A stretch of DNA of 64,000 bases from an uncultured virus (IMG/VR IMGVR_UViG_3300043543_000740). Taxonomy: Duplodnaviria > Heunggongvirae > Uroviricota > Caudoviricetes. The translations under genes were made by a program, and so were the position numbers. Shown in pieces: positions 39,482-48,765 of the stretch. The stretch lies in the IMG/VR virus record IMGVR_UViG_3300043543_000740; one strand, 5' to 3'. The notes below the pieces were generated by a model that was given only the letters and a program-made list of their open reading frames with translations, was not told where the DNA came from and ran no database searches. Each line of letters begins with the position of its first letter. Position 1 is the first letter of the stretch.

Positions 39482-39910
39482 TCACCTCCACACCCGGAAG
39501 GTCAGCGTCAGGACGCTCGTGAACTGGCGGAACTCGTCCAGGTGCTCCGGCGCGTAAACCGGCACGTTCTCGACCTCGGTGCAGCGGGCCTGCGGGTAAC
39601 CCGCCAGCGGCTCCGACCGGAAGTGGTCGGCGATCTCCTCCACCAGCACCATGAGCGCATCGAGGTTCCCCGGCGTCGGGTCGAGCTTCTGCTGCACCGC
39701 GACGTCGATGCGGCAGTCGAAGCTGTCGCGGTTGCGGTCGAGCCCCTTGCTCGCCACCGACCGGGGGACCACGCTCACGCGGAGCGTCGTCATGTCCGCG
39801 AGCTCGAACTGCGGCAGGTAGTGCCGCTCGGCCGTCAGCGGTTGGCTGAACGCGGTCGCGTTCAACTGGGCGACCACGGCGTCGGCGATGGCCAGGATCG
39901 TGGCCGGCAT
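39482..39910 (-). CDS. Putative tail terminator
   Basis: Size and position. Confidence 0.55.
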   Translation of the reverse strand: MPATILAIADAVVAQLNATAFSQPLTAERHYLPQFELADMTTLRVSVVPRSVASKGLDRNRDSFDCRIDVAVQQKLDPTPGNLDALMVLVEEIADHFRSEPLAGYPQARCTEVENVPVYAPEHLDEFRQFTSVLTLTFRVWR

Positions 39911-39913
39911 TCG

Positions 39914-40099
39914 TCACCCCGGCGGGACGAGGGCCCGCACGACCCGGAGGACGAGGTCGTCCACCGGCGACTTCGTGGCGCGGACGGCCTCGGTCAGCGC
40001 GTCGCTGTGCAGGATCGCCTTGACGAGCGGCAACACGTCGCGGAAGCCGGCCGGGTTTTGGCCGTGCAGGCCGATCAGTTGACGGAACAGGTCGAGCAT
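39914..40099 (-). CDS. Small hypothetical protein
   Basis: 61 aa, coupled ORF (TKSPVDDLVL). Confidence 0.55.
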   Translation of the reverse strand: MLDLFRQLIGLHGQNPAGFRDVLPLVKAILHSDALTEAVRATKSPVDDLVLRVVRALVPPG

Positions 40100-40479
40100 T
40101 ACTCCACCCCCACTTGCTTGGTGTGAATCCGCAGCACCTTGCGATACACGTCCGACCAGCGCCACGGCGGTTCCTTGCCGGGGGCCATCACCTCGTACAC
40201 GAAGGTCGTCGTGCCGACCGTCTCCCGGACCGTGTCGCCGCGTTCGGGCAGCACCGCGACCGCCCCCAGCACCAAGTCCGCGGCGTGGATCAGGAAGTCG
40301 CGGTCGGTCCACTCCATCCGCACGCCGCCGTACCCGTCGTCGAGCTTCAGGAGCGTCCGGCCGGCCGTGGCCTGAACCCCGACCTCGGCCGCCCCGCGGC
40401 GGTACACGACCGGCCGCGACGCGTGCTCCTTGAGCATGTCGGCCAGCCAGTCCGAGCCGGTGCGGAGCAGGTCGGGCAT
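40099..40479 (-). CDS. Head-tail joining protein
   Basis: Size and position after the capsid cement gene. Confidence 0.6.
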   Translation of the reverse strand: MPDLLRTGSDWLADMLKEHASRPVVYRRGAAEVGVQATAGRTLLKLDDGYGGVRMEWTDRDFLIHAADLVLGAVAVLPERGDTVRETVGTTTFVYEVMAPGKEPPWRWSDVYRKVLRIHTKQVGVE

Positions 40480-40486
40480 CGCGGTC

Positions 40487-40816
40487 TCACGGGCTCAGGC
40501 GGGCGCGGACGGTGGCGTCGGCCGCGGCCGCGGCACGGACGACCTTGCCGATCAGCTTGTTGCCGGCCGACACGTTGGTGGCGACGTTAGCCGCGTCGTC
40601 CCAGTAGATGAGCGTGCCGACTGCCAGCACGAGGCCGGCGAGCTTGGCGAAGTCGAACACCCCGCTGACCGCCAGCGCACCGGGCGTGTTGGCCGCGATC
40701 GGCTGCTTGGCGACGCCGATGAGGTCGCCCTGCACGACCACGTCACCGGCCGCCACCGCCGCCCCGGGCGTGTAGTCGATGCACTCGCCGTCGTGAACGA
40801 ACACTGCCTGTGCCAT
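40487..40816 (-). CDS. DUF2190-like capsid cement protein
   Basis: G..IDYT, VAAGDVV, GVFDF and YWD motifs. Confidence 0.8.
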   Translation of the reverse strand: MAQAVFVHDGECIDYTPGAAVAAGDVVVQGDLIGVAKQPIAANTPGALAVSGVFDFAKLAGLVLAVGTLIYWDDAANVATNVSAGNKLIGKVVRAAAAADATVRARLSP

Positions 40817-40834
40817 CGGTGAAACTCCGTGGGA

Positions 40835-42790
40835 TTACGCCTCGCCCTTGACCTTGACCCCCGCGAGCCACTCGGCGAAGTCGACGCCGAAGTCGTGGTA
40901 GCCGCGGAACTGCACGCCCAACTGGTTGAAGTCGGCCTCGGCCATGTCCACCGTCGGCGTCTGCACCCCGTCGAGGAAGCTGACCACGACCGGCGCGAGC
41001 ACGGACGGCGCGCGGAACAAGTACCACGCCTTCGCCGACTGGCCGGTGAAGGCCGCGTCGGAGAGCCAGTCGCACACCACCGGGCGGTACTTGCCGGCGT
41101 GGATGTTGTCGCTCGGCACGGAATCCTTCGTGGAGGCACCGCCGGTGTTGACCGTCGTGCTCTGATAGAGCCGCTGCGCGACGAACTGGAGTTCCGGCGG
41201 CACGAGCAGGATGACCGGCACGCCGCCGACGCGCTTGCCGTCGGGCGACTTCAGCTTGCGGAAGGCGAGGACGCCCGCCTGCAAACCCGCGCCATCGACA
41301 TCGAGTGCGGTGCCGGCCCCGGCGATGAAGTTGCCCCGCGCAGCCGTAAAGAACGCCGCGTTGTCGAGGAACCGGGTCCAGAAGACGGTGTTGAACTTGC
41401 GGGCCGCCCCGCCGCCGAGCCGGGTGCGGATGTCCTCGAAGGCGCTCAGGTCGTCGTTGATCAGGTCCTCGCGGGTCAGCGCGAACATCTTGGCGTAGGT
41501 CCGGGCCTGCCGGGTGTACGACTCCTCGGACACCTTGCCGTGCTTGATCTCGCCGCCCGGCGGGAGTTCCTCGTACTCCATGTCGTCGAGCAGCCGGTAG
41601 CTGGTGACCTGCTTGAAGTCGCTGACCGACTTCACGGCCGCGACCTCGCGCCAGGTCTGGTCCTCCTCCTGGAAGCCGGCGAGCAGTTCCTTGTTGGCGA
41701 CGTTCGAGAAGAGGCCCGGCAAGGACAGGGTGCTGAACGCGGCCTGCACCGAACCGAATGCGGCGCGGAAGATCGCCGGCAGCGTGTCGCGGCGGACCGC
41801 CGTGCGGCCGGTGTAGCCGTTGGCCTGGGCCGCCATCACGACCAGTTCCTGCAGGCCGAGCCCCTTGAACTGCCGATCGGCGGCGTCGAGCGTCTCCGCG
41901 GAGAAGAGCCTCTCGCGGTTCGGGGTGCGGAGCGTCTTGCACAGCGCCGCCTCGATCACCTCCGCGCCAGGCAGGCCGCCCTGGCCGCCCGCGACGGCGG
42001 GCGGGGCCGGCCGCTTGCGGCGCAGCAGTTCCAACTCGGCCCGGGTCACGTCCCAGCCTTCCTCGATGGCCCGCGCCTCCACGTCGGGGAGCTTGCCGTC
42101 GTACAGCGTGCGGATGGCGGCGATCCGCTTCGCCTCGTTCGCCGTCGCCGTCCGCACGGCGGTCACGGCGTCGGCCGCCGCGGTCGCGGCCAGCGCGTCC
42201 GTCGAACTGGTGGCCGTCGGCATGATCGAACTCTCCTGGGCGTGGGCGGCCACGCTCGCACTGGTGTTCCCGTCCGCGCCGAGGTCGACGAAGCTGATCT
42301 CGCCGAGCGTGGACTTGCGGACGACGACGACCGGGCCGGTGAACTCCCGGCCGTTGGCCGACGCCACTTGGCCGTCCTTGATGAACTCGAACTGCTCGAC
42401 CCGCGCCCCGATGCTCGCCTGCCACGGGAAGCCGTTGCGCGACCCGGCGACGACCCGATCGGTGTCGGGACCGGGGATGCTCAGCACGCCCGAGGCGATC
42501 AACCGCCCCGCGTCCTGCGCGATGGCGTCGGTGTGGCCGACGAGCCGGTCGGTGTTGTGGCCGACGCGGATCGGGCGGTTCTGCGAGGGGATCGCCATCC
42601 CCGCCAAGTCGACGACGACCGGGTACTTCCACCCCTCCAGCCGCATCGCCCCGCCGGTGTAGGCGACCATGTGGAAGCGCGGCAGCTTCGGTGTGCCGTC
42701 GCCGGCGGCCGCACTCTCGGCGGCCGCGATCTGCATGGTCGCGGTCAGCCAGAGCTTCTCAGGCAGCGGCTCGGGACTGTTCGTCCTCAT
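40835..42790 (-). CDS. Prohead protease-major capsid fusion
   Basis: AYTGG, H..VGH, QASIG, EISFV; SDFK, GGEIKHG, LINDDL. Confidence 0.9.
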   Translation of the reverse strand: MRTNSPEPLPEKLWLTATMQIAAAESAAAGDGTPKLPRFHMVAYTGGAMRLEGWKYPVVVDLAGMAIPSQNRPIRVGHNTDRLVGHTDAIAQDAGRLIASGVLSIPGPDTDRVVAGSRNGFPWQASIGARVEQFEFIKDGQVASANGREFTGPVVVVRKSTLGEISFVDLGADGNTSASVAAHAQESSIMPTATSSTDALAATAAADAVTAVRTATANEAKRIAAIRTLYDGKLPDVEARAIEEGWDVTRAELELLRRKRPAPPAVAGGQGGLPGAEVIEAALCKTLRTPNRERLFSAETLDAADRQFKGLGLQELVVMAAQANGYTGRTAVRRDTLPAIFRAAFGSVQAAFSTLSLPGLFSNVANKELLAGFQEEDQTWREVAAVKSVSDFKQVTSYRLLDDMEYEELPPGGEIKHGKVSEESYTRQARTYAKMFALTREDLINDDLSAFEDIRTRLGGGAARKFNTVFWTRFLDNAAFFTAARGNFIAGAGTALDVDGAGLQAGVLAFRKLKSPDGKRVGGVPVILLVPPELQFVAQRLYQSTTVNTGGASTKDSVPSDNIHAGKYRPVVCDWLSDAAFTGQSAKAWYLFRAPSVLAPVVVSFLDGVQTPTVDMAEADFNQLGVQFRGYHDFGVDFAEWLAGVKVKGEA

Positions 42791-44216
42791 GCTCGGAGTC
42801 CTCGTTCGGGTCGTTGCGGACGGGTGGAACGGCCGCCGCCGGCGCGAGGCCCAACTCGGCCATGAACGCGACCTCTTTGGCCCGCTGGCGCAGGGCGTCC
42901 TCCCAGTCCCGCCCCTGGCGGGCGTACTCGTGCGCGAGGGTGGTCGTGTGGTTGGCGAGCCGCGTCGCCTGGGCGGTCGCTTCCTTCGCGGGATCGACGT
43001 GCTCCCGGCCGTCCCAGAACCAGGCGTGGTCGAGCGTGAAGAACGGACCCAGACCCGCCGGCAGCAGGCCCGGAATGAGGGCCGCCTCGTCGAACCAGGC
43101 GGCGAGGAGGCGGTCGAGGATCGTCTCCTCGATCTGGGCCTGCTCGACCCGCATCGCCTGGAAGTAGGTCTGGTGGTCGAGCCGGCCGGAGGCGTAGTTG
43201 TAAGACGCCGAGTTGCCCGCCGCGACGTTGAACGGCATGTTCAGGCAGCGGGCGATCTCGTTGAGAATCTCCCGCTTGAACTCGGCGTAAGTCGTCGCCG
43301 GTTGTTCCGCCTGCAACTGGCTCATCTTCCAGCCGCCGGGCATGGTGACGAGCGCCCGCTTCTCCAACTCGATCGGCTCGAACGGCTCGGCCGCGTCCGC
43401 CTCGCCGCTGGCCGGCGCGTCCGTGTAGAGAATGCCCGCGAAGTCGGCGGCGGTCTCGGCGGCCGCCAGCACCGCCAGCGTGAACCGCCGCAGTTGCGCG
43501 AACAGCGGCAGCGCGGGCGTGATGTCCGGGATGCCGCGGGCCTGCCCCGGTCGGTCCACGCGGAACCAGTGCAGCATCGACTCGGCGGGGATGCGGTCGA
43601 AGGCCAGCGCCCGGCGGAACGCCACGTCGCCCGGATGCTCCCGGAGGACGTGGTACTCGACCGGGTTACCCGCCGCGTCGAAGACGATCCCGTCCACGGT
43701 CGCGTCGAGGCGCGGGTCGGGCGTCGTCACCTGTTCGGCCTCGACGAGCTTCAGGTCGAGTTGCACGGCGTGCGGCAACTTCGGGTTGCTCGTCAGCACC
43801 GCGAAGGACTCGCCGTCCGTGGCGCGGGCCGAGCGCATCGTGCGGAGCTTCTCGGCGAGGCGGATCGCGGTCGTCCAGCGCCCGAACTCGCGTTCGATCC
43901 GCCGGTTGGCGTCGGCGTCGTCGGTGAGCAACTGGAGCCGCGGCCCGGTGCCGACGACGTCGTTGGCGAGCGTCAGCACGATCCCGCGGGCGTAGCTGTT
44001 GTTGGCGACCTCGTGCCGGGCGCGGTTCCGCAGCACCCGGCGGACTTCCGGGTTGTTGGCGGCGTTGGCGGACAGGCCGTCGGCGTTGGCCCAGTGGCGG
44101 CGGTTGTCGTCGGTCGTCGCCGCCGCGTCGTAGCGGCCGCGGACGACGCGAACGACCCGCTCGCGACCGGGTCGCGTCGGCTTGGTGCTCCAGAAGTTGG
44201 CGAGCCAGCGCAGCAC
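42759..44216 (-). CDS. Lambda-family portal protein
   Basis: LRNRAR..NN.YA, RPGQARG and NYASGR motifs. Confidence 0.92.
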   Translation of the reverse strand: MLRWLANFWSTKPTRPGRERVVRVVRGRYDAAATTDDNRRHWANADGLSANAANNPEVRRVLRNRARHEVANNSYARGIVLTLANDVVGTGPRLQLLTDDADANRRIEREFGRWTTAIRLAEKLRTMRSARATDGESFAVLTSNPKLPHAVQLDLKLVEAEQVTTPDPRLDATVDGIVFDAAGNPVEYHVLREHPGDVAFRRALAFDRIPAESMLHWFRVDRPGQARGIPDITPALPLFAQLRRFTLAVLAAAETAADFAGILYTDAPASGEADAAEPFEPIELEKRALVTMPGGWKMSQLQAEQPATTYAEFKREILNEIARCLNMPFNVAAGNSASYNYASGRLDHQTYFQAMRVEQAQIEETILDRLLAAWFDEAALIPGLLPAGLGPFFTLDHAWFWDGREHVDPAKEATAQATRLANHTTTLAHEYARQGRDWEDALRQRAKEVAFMAELGLAPAAAVPPVRNDPNEDSEHEDEQSRAAA

Positions 44217-44414
44217 TCAGTCGGCCCCCGGCGGAACGAGCTTGTTGAACCGCAGCCCGCGCTGCGGCTTCTTGGCGGCTTCCTTGGACGCGAGGTAGCG
44301 GTCGGCCTCGATCTGCTCGGAGAGCGGGTGCTGCTCGACGGAGCCGGCGTCGCCCGAGGCCTTGGCCGGTCCCTTCGCGTTCTCTGCGATGGTGTCGTCG
44401 AGTTCGTCCGGCAT
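44217..44414 (-). CDS. gpW-like head completion protein
   Basis: 65 aa between terminase and portal. Confidence 0.65.
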   Translation of the reverse strand: MPDELDDTIAENAKGPAKASGDAGSVEQHPLSEQIEADRYLASKEAAKKPQRGLRFNKLVPPGAD

Positions 44415-44613
44415 CGCTGCGCCGATCCGAAACTGGTGAATGGCCGCCTACTTTAGACCCTTGCCGGAGGGCGACCAAACTACGCAGAAATCTGGTAAAA
44501 CGGCGATGCGCAGAAGTGACCGTTGCCCGAGACGGGGAAGGGAATCGTAGTGGGCTCGGGAGATCACGCCGGAATTCGGCGTGTTGCCAAGCGCCCGGAT
44601 CACACGATTGGAA

Positions 44614-46881
44614 TCAGCGTCGTTTCGCCTTCTGGAGTTCTGCGAAGCTCACCCGCTCGCGTTTGGGCGCGGGCTTCACGTCCGTGCCCGGCAGGGAGCA
44701 GCCCTGCATCGACGCGGCCACGGCGCAGCCGACGACGCCGTCGAGCCAGTGGTTGTCGCTCCGCTCGGGCCGCATCTTCCACTCGTCCACCGTGCGCCCG
44801 CGCCCCTCGGTCTTCACGCGGTACTCGGCGGTCAGGTGGTCCGCGAAGAGCCGGTGCGTCTCGGCCCGGTCGCCGAAGAGCGACAGGCACCCGCGGTCGC
44901 CCAGCACCACCGCCAGCCGCGCCTGCACGAACGACTTCCAGTAGTTGGTGTCGAACAGGACGTGCCGGACGGCCCGCTTCCCCTGCACGTTCGGGACGCG
45001 CCAGTGGTGGCCGACGCGGTCGCCCGGCCGCCGCTTGTACTCGCTGAACGGCTGGCTCGACGCGCCGACAAACCGTCCGTGGGCCGGCGTCACGACGGAG
45101 GCGTGGGCGGACTCGCGGCAGAACTGGTACACGACGTCCGTTGAGGTGCCCCAGTTGGCGTCGATCAGGCAGCGCTCGATTCGCAGGACCGCGCCGTCGT
45201 CGCGCGGCCAGTCGCGGCCGAGGAGCGCGGCCGTCAACTTCTCCAGCCCCTGGTAGATTGCCCCCTCGATCCCCGCCGCGCCGGTCGCGACGGCCAGCGT
45301 CGGGTTCGCCTCGCGGAGAGTGAAGTACGGCCGCCGCTGGTCGGGCCAGGTGCCGTAATCCAGGACGTAGCCGGTGAAATCGTCCTCCCAGCCGCACGCG
45401 ACCCAGAACAGCAGGCTCCCCTGCACGTCCACGAACGCGGTCAGCCGCCCGCAGCCGATCGGCACCTCGCCGCGGCCGCGCCGGTTGAACTTACCCGCGA
45501 TCTGGTCGGCGGTGAGCTCGTCGTCGCCGGCGACCTCCTCGAGGAGTGGCTCGTTCTGGTACTCGGCGAAGAAGGCGGCCTCGTCCTGGAGCCGCAGGTT
45601 CATCGCGTGCTGGATGGCCGACAGTTCGTCGTGGTTGAACCGGGCCGGCCAGGCGACGCGCGACCCGGCGTCCATCGCCTCCCGATGGGCGCGGTAGAAC
45701 TCGGTCGCCTCGACGCCCTCACGCCCCTCCCGCAGGCTCTCGGCGCGGATCTCGGCGTAGCGCTGCCAGAGCTTCTCGTCGGCCGGGAACGAGTAGACCA
45801 TCTTGGTCCGCTCGCCGTTCCACTCCGGGTGTTTGTCGCGCGAGAGGATGTTGTCCGCCATGTCGCCGGGGCGGATGACCGTACACGGCATGATCCCGGA
45901 GATCTTCCGCCCCGGCCCAGCCAGCCCCAGCACCGCGCCGGCGAGGATGCTCTCGCGGGTGGCGCACTGGGACAGCGACCGCGCCGACTCGTCGGTCTGC
46001 GGGTCGTCGAGCACGACGAGCGACGGCCGCACGGTCTTGCCGTCGGCCCGCTTGTACTTCATGCCACGGATGCGGCCGGTGATCCCCGCCACCTTGACGA
46101 TCGCGCCGCTGGCGGTGCTGCCGGGGATCGTCGGCAGCACGACTTCACGCGCCGTCCAGCCGATGTGGGTCCGCTCGCCCTTGTAGAGCTGGCCGTTGCA
46201 GCGGTTGGCGATCCCGTCGAGGCAGTGGATCGGGTAGACGACCTCCGGGAAGTCTTCGAGCAGCAGGTCGTTGCCGTCGAGCTCCATCTTGATGGCGTCG
46301 AGCATGTCCATCGCGTGCCCCTCGTCCGACCCGATCAGGCAGACGAACTCGCGGTGCCCGTAGAGCACCGCCCAGATGCACGCGCACTCCGAGATCGAAC
46401 TCTTCCCCGAGCCCCGCGGCATCGCCATCGCGAACAGGCCGCCGCGCAGGACTGCCTGCTCGATCCGGGCAATCACCTTCAGGTGGTCGTCGGACCACGG
46501 CAGCGAGAACGTCAGCGGGAAGTAGCTGTCGCAGAAGAACCGGAAGTCCGACGCGGCCCGCTCCTTCCGCTCGCGGTTCACCACGTCCGGTAGCTCACCA
46601 ATATCCCGCCCCGCCAGCGACAGCGCGAGGTTCCGCGCCCTCGACCGGGTCTTCAGCTCCTCGTAGGGGTCGCCGGCCGGTTCCGGTTTCGGGGCGTGGC
46701 GCTGCGAGACGAGCCACGCGACGTAGCGGACGAGGTCGACGTGCTTGCCGTCGCCGACCCGCATGCCGGCGCGGGAGCGGTGACGGTAGAGCTGCCGCTC
46801 GCTGATGACCTCGCCGAGCGGAGTCGAGTTCAGCAACCGGCAGAGCTCCGAGGGCTTCAGCCGCCGCGGGTCAGTCGCCAT
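44614..46881 (-). CDS. Terminase large subunit (GpA-like) with N-terminal HTH extension
   Basis: MPRGSGKS, VVLDDPQ, EYQNEP, VDVQ and NHWLD motifs. Confidence 0.92.
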   Translation of the reverse strand: MATDPRRLKPSELCRLLNSTPLGEVISERQLYRHRSRAGMRVGDGKHVDLVRYVAWLVSQRHAPKPEPAGDPYEELKTRSRARNLALSLAGRDIGELPDVVNRERKERAASDFRFFCDSYFPLTFSLPWSDDHLKVIARIEQAVLRGGLFAMAMPRGSGKSSISECACIWAVLYGHREFVCLIGSDEGHAMDMLDAIKMELDGNDLLLEDFPEVVYPIHCLDGIANRCNGQLYKGERTHIGWTAREVVLPTIPGSTASGAIVKVAGITGRIRGMKYKRADGKTVRPSLVVLDDPQTDESARSLSQCATRESILAGAVLGLAGPGRKISGIMPCTVIRPGDMADNILSRDKHPEWNGERTKMVYSFPADEKLWQRYAEIRAESLREGREGVEATEFYRAHREAMDAGSRVAWPARFNHDELSAIQHAMNLRLQDEAAFFAEYQNEPLLEEVAGDDELTADQIAGKFNRRGRGEVPIGCGRLTAFVDVQGSLLFWVACGWEDDFTGYVLDYGTWPDQRRPYFTLREANPTLAVATGAAGIEGAIYQGLEKLTAALLGRDWPRDDGAVLRIERCLIDANWGTSTDVVYQFCRESAHASVVTPAHGRFVGASSQPFSEYKRRPGDRVGHHWRVPNVQGKRAVRHVLFDTNYWKSFVQARLAVVLGDRGCLSLFGDRAETHRLFADHLTAEYRVKTEGRGRTVDEWKMRPERSDNHWLDGVVGCAVAASMQGCSLPGTDVKPAPKRERVSFAELQKAKRR

Positions 46882-47083
46882 GCGCGTCCTCCGCCACCAG
46901 CCACGCCGCGTAGTGAACCAGGTTGATCGTCCCGTCCGCATTGGTCGGCGCACCGGCGTCGATGTCCGCCCGGATCATCGCCTCCGTCACGCCGAACCCG
47001 CCCACCCGCGCGAGCATGCGCGCGGCGTCCGCGACGGGCATCGCGGCGGGGTTGAGCACGGGCTTCGCCTCGTCGGGCGGCAT
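46871..47083 (-). CDS. Small HTH protein, terminase small subunit-like
   Basis: Overlaps the terL start; paralog of 1-216. Confidence 0.65.
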   Translation of the reverse strand: MPPDEAKPVLNPAAMPVADAARMLARVGGFGVTEAMIRADIDAGAPTNADGTINLVHYAAWLVAEDAHGD

Positions 47084-47106
47084 GTCGGAAACCTCGAAAA
47101 CTCTCA

Positions 47107-47156
47107 GGAATTCGGGCCGGATTCGCTTCCCTGTCCCGCGAACCGGCTGTAACTGT
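47107..47156 (+). promoter_or_regulatory. Conserved upstream motif (putative promoter)
   Basis: GGAATTCGGGCCGGA..GCGAACCGGCTGTAACTG, shared with 51671-51723. Confidence 0.45.
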
Positions 47157-47206
47157 CATCACACGTTCGCGGGGTGCGGACGCGACGCAAACCATTACGG
47201 GAGAAC

Positions 47207-47530
47207 ATGATGCGCACCGAAGATGCGGAGTTCGGCGACGACCTGAGTTTCACCCACCTCAACCCCCGCCCCGGCTGCGCGGGCACCTGGATCGCCGGCC
47301 GGGTCGCGGGGCACCGGTTCGAGGCGCTGGTCTTCCGCGACCACGCCGAGAACCCGGCCTGGGAGTTGGGCGACAGCGGCATCTCGAAGCTGTGGGTGCA
47401 GCGCCTGGCCGACCGGGCGGTGGTGTTCAACTGGGACCGCGGCCCCGACGTACCCGCGGCCGACGCGGCTGCGGCGCGGGTGGTGGACTTCCTCGCCGCG
47501 GGCCTGGCCGAACACGTCTTCGGGTGCTGA
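47207..47530 (+). CDS. Hypothetical protein
   Basis: GGAG RBS; ISKLWV..FNWDRG; the stop abuts HHR3. Confidence 0.75.
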   Translation: MMRTEDAEFGDDLSFTHLNPRPGCAGTWIAGRVAGHRFEALVFRDHAENPAWELGDSGISKLWVQRLADRAVVFNWDRGPDVPAADAAAARVVDFLAAGLAEHVFGC

Positions 47531-47531
47531 A

Positions 47532-47600
47532 GCCGAAACGCCTTCCCCACGCGGGAAGGTGTCGCGGCGGGTGGTTCCCGCCGCCTGATGACGGCAGCCA
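47532..47600 (+). ncRNA. Type II hammerhead ribozyme HHR3 (predicted cleavage after 47563)
   Basis: Intact core; stem III is GCCTTCCC/GGGAAGGT. Confidence 0.9.
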
Positions 47601-47617
47601 AACAACGGGGGACGAGC

Positions 47618-47869
47618 ATGTCGGCACAAACGGAGCGCAAGGTGACGGACGCGGCCGCGGCGATGCTGGTCGGCCGGCGGGTGGTGCGGGTCGGGTACAT
47701 GCCGGCCGCGGAGGCGGCGGACCTGGGGTGGTCGCACCGGCCGGCCGTGCTGGAGTTCGACGACGGGACCGTCGCCTACGCCGCCTGCGACGAGGAGGGG
47801 AACGACGCGGGCGTGCTGTTCGTGGAGGCGGGGCGAGGCGACCTCTGCCTCGGGCGGTTCCCGACCTGA
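47618..47869 (+). CDS. Hypothetical protein
   Basis: 83 aa with DEEGNDAG; the stop abuts HHR4. Confidence 0.7.
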   Translation: MSAQTERKVTDAAAAMLVGRRVVRVGYMPAAEAADLGWSHRPAVLEFDDGTVAYAACDEEGNDAGVLFVEAGRGDLCLGRFPT

Positions 47870-47933
47870 GCCGAAACGCGGGACGTCCCGCGTCGCCCGG
47901 CCGTGGCGGGCCGGGCCTGATGACGGCAGCCAC
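47870..47933 (+). ncRNA. Type II hammerhead ribozyme HHR4 (predicted cleavage after 47894)
   Basis: Intact core; divergent but paired stem I GCCCGGCC/GGCCGGGC; loop GTGGC pairs with tail GCCAC. Confidence 0.9.
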
Positions 47934-47954
47934 CGAACCCCGAGGAGCGGAACG

Positions 47955-48182
47955 ATGAACCCGCCGAAGCCGGTGACGATCGAGTTGGAGGTGACCGAGT
48001 TCCCCACCGCCCGCGAGGCGATCGAGCACGCCCGCGCGCACGGCGGCCGGGCGATCCGGCTGGGCGGCCGGAGCCTGGTGGTCCGCGACCAGGACGCGGA
48101 GTGGTTGGCGACCGCCCGGGTGGAGTTCGCGTACCTGTGCGACCACCACGGGCAGATCGTGACGGTCCCGGTCAACGATTGA
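47955..48182 (+). CDS. Hypothetical protein
   Basis: GAGGAG RBS; the stop abuts HHR5. Confidence 0.7.
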   Translation: MNPPKPVTIELEVTEFPTAREAIEHARAHGGRAIRLGGRSLVVRDQDAEWLATARVEFAYLCDHHGQIVTVPVND

Positions 48183-48183
48183 A

Positions 48184-48243
48184 GCCGAAACGCCCCCGCG
48201 GGCGTCGCGGCGGGTGGCTCCCGCCGCCTGATGATGGCAGCCA
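48184..48243 (+). ncRNA. Type II hammerhead ribozyme HHR5 (predicted cleavage after 48206)
   Basis: Intact core; stem III GCCC/GGGC; loop TGGCT pairs with tail AGCCA. Confidence 0.9.
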
Positions 48244-48268
48244 ACCCCATCGACCCGGAGCGACGACC

Positions 48269-48697
48269 ATGACCGCGAAGAAGACCACGAAGAGTTCCCC
48301 CGCCCCGAAGAAGGCCACCGGGGGCAAGAAGCCGAAGGCCGCCAAGAACGCGACGCCCGCCGTCGAGGAGCCCGCGAAGACCCCGGAGGCGACCACCCCG
48401 CCGGCCGAGGCCGCGGATGCCAAGCCCGCCAAGACCAGGAAGGCCCGCGCCGAGAAGCCGAAGAAGATGAGCGCCCTCGACGCCGCCGCCAAGGTCCTCG
48501 GCGAGGCGGGCAGCGCGATGAACGCCAAGGAGATGATCGAGGCGATGGCGAGCAAGGGGTACTGGACGACCCCCGGCGGGAAGACCCCGCACGCGACCCT
48601 CTACGCCGCCATCCTGCGCGAGATCACCGCCAAGGGGAAGGAGGCCCGGTTCGCCAAGACGGAGCGTGGCAAGTTCGCCCTCAACGGGGAGGCCTGA
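48269..48697 (+). CDS. Lys-rich HARE-HTH-like protein
   Basis: Paralog of 2241-2765. Confidence 0.8.
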   Translation: MTAKKTTKSSPAPKKATGGKKPKAAKNATPAVEEPAKTPEATTPPAEAADAKPAKTRKARAEKPKKMSALDAAAKVLGEAGSAMNAKEMIEAMASKGYWTTPGGKTPHATLYAAILREITAKGKEARFAKTERGKFALNGEA

Positions 48698-48722
48698 CCC
48701 CGGACGCCGCCCGTTCGCCCAC

Positions 48723-48746
48723 GAGGCCCCCACGCGGGGCCTCTTC
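48723..48746 (+). terminator. Terminator-like hairpin
   Basis: GAGGCCCC-N5-GGGGCCTC-TTC, homologous to 3166; weak U-tract. Confidence 0.55.
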
Positions 48747-48765
48747 CCGCTTGCCGTCGTTCCGT

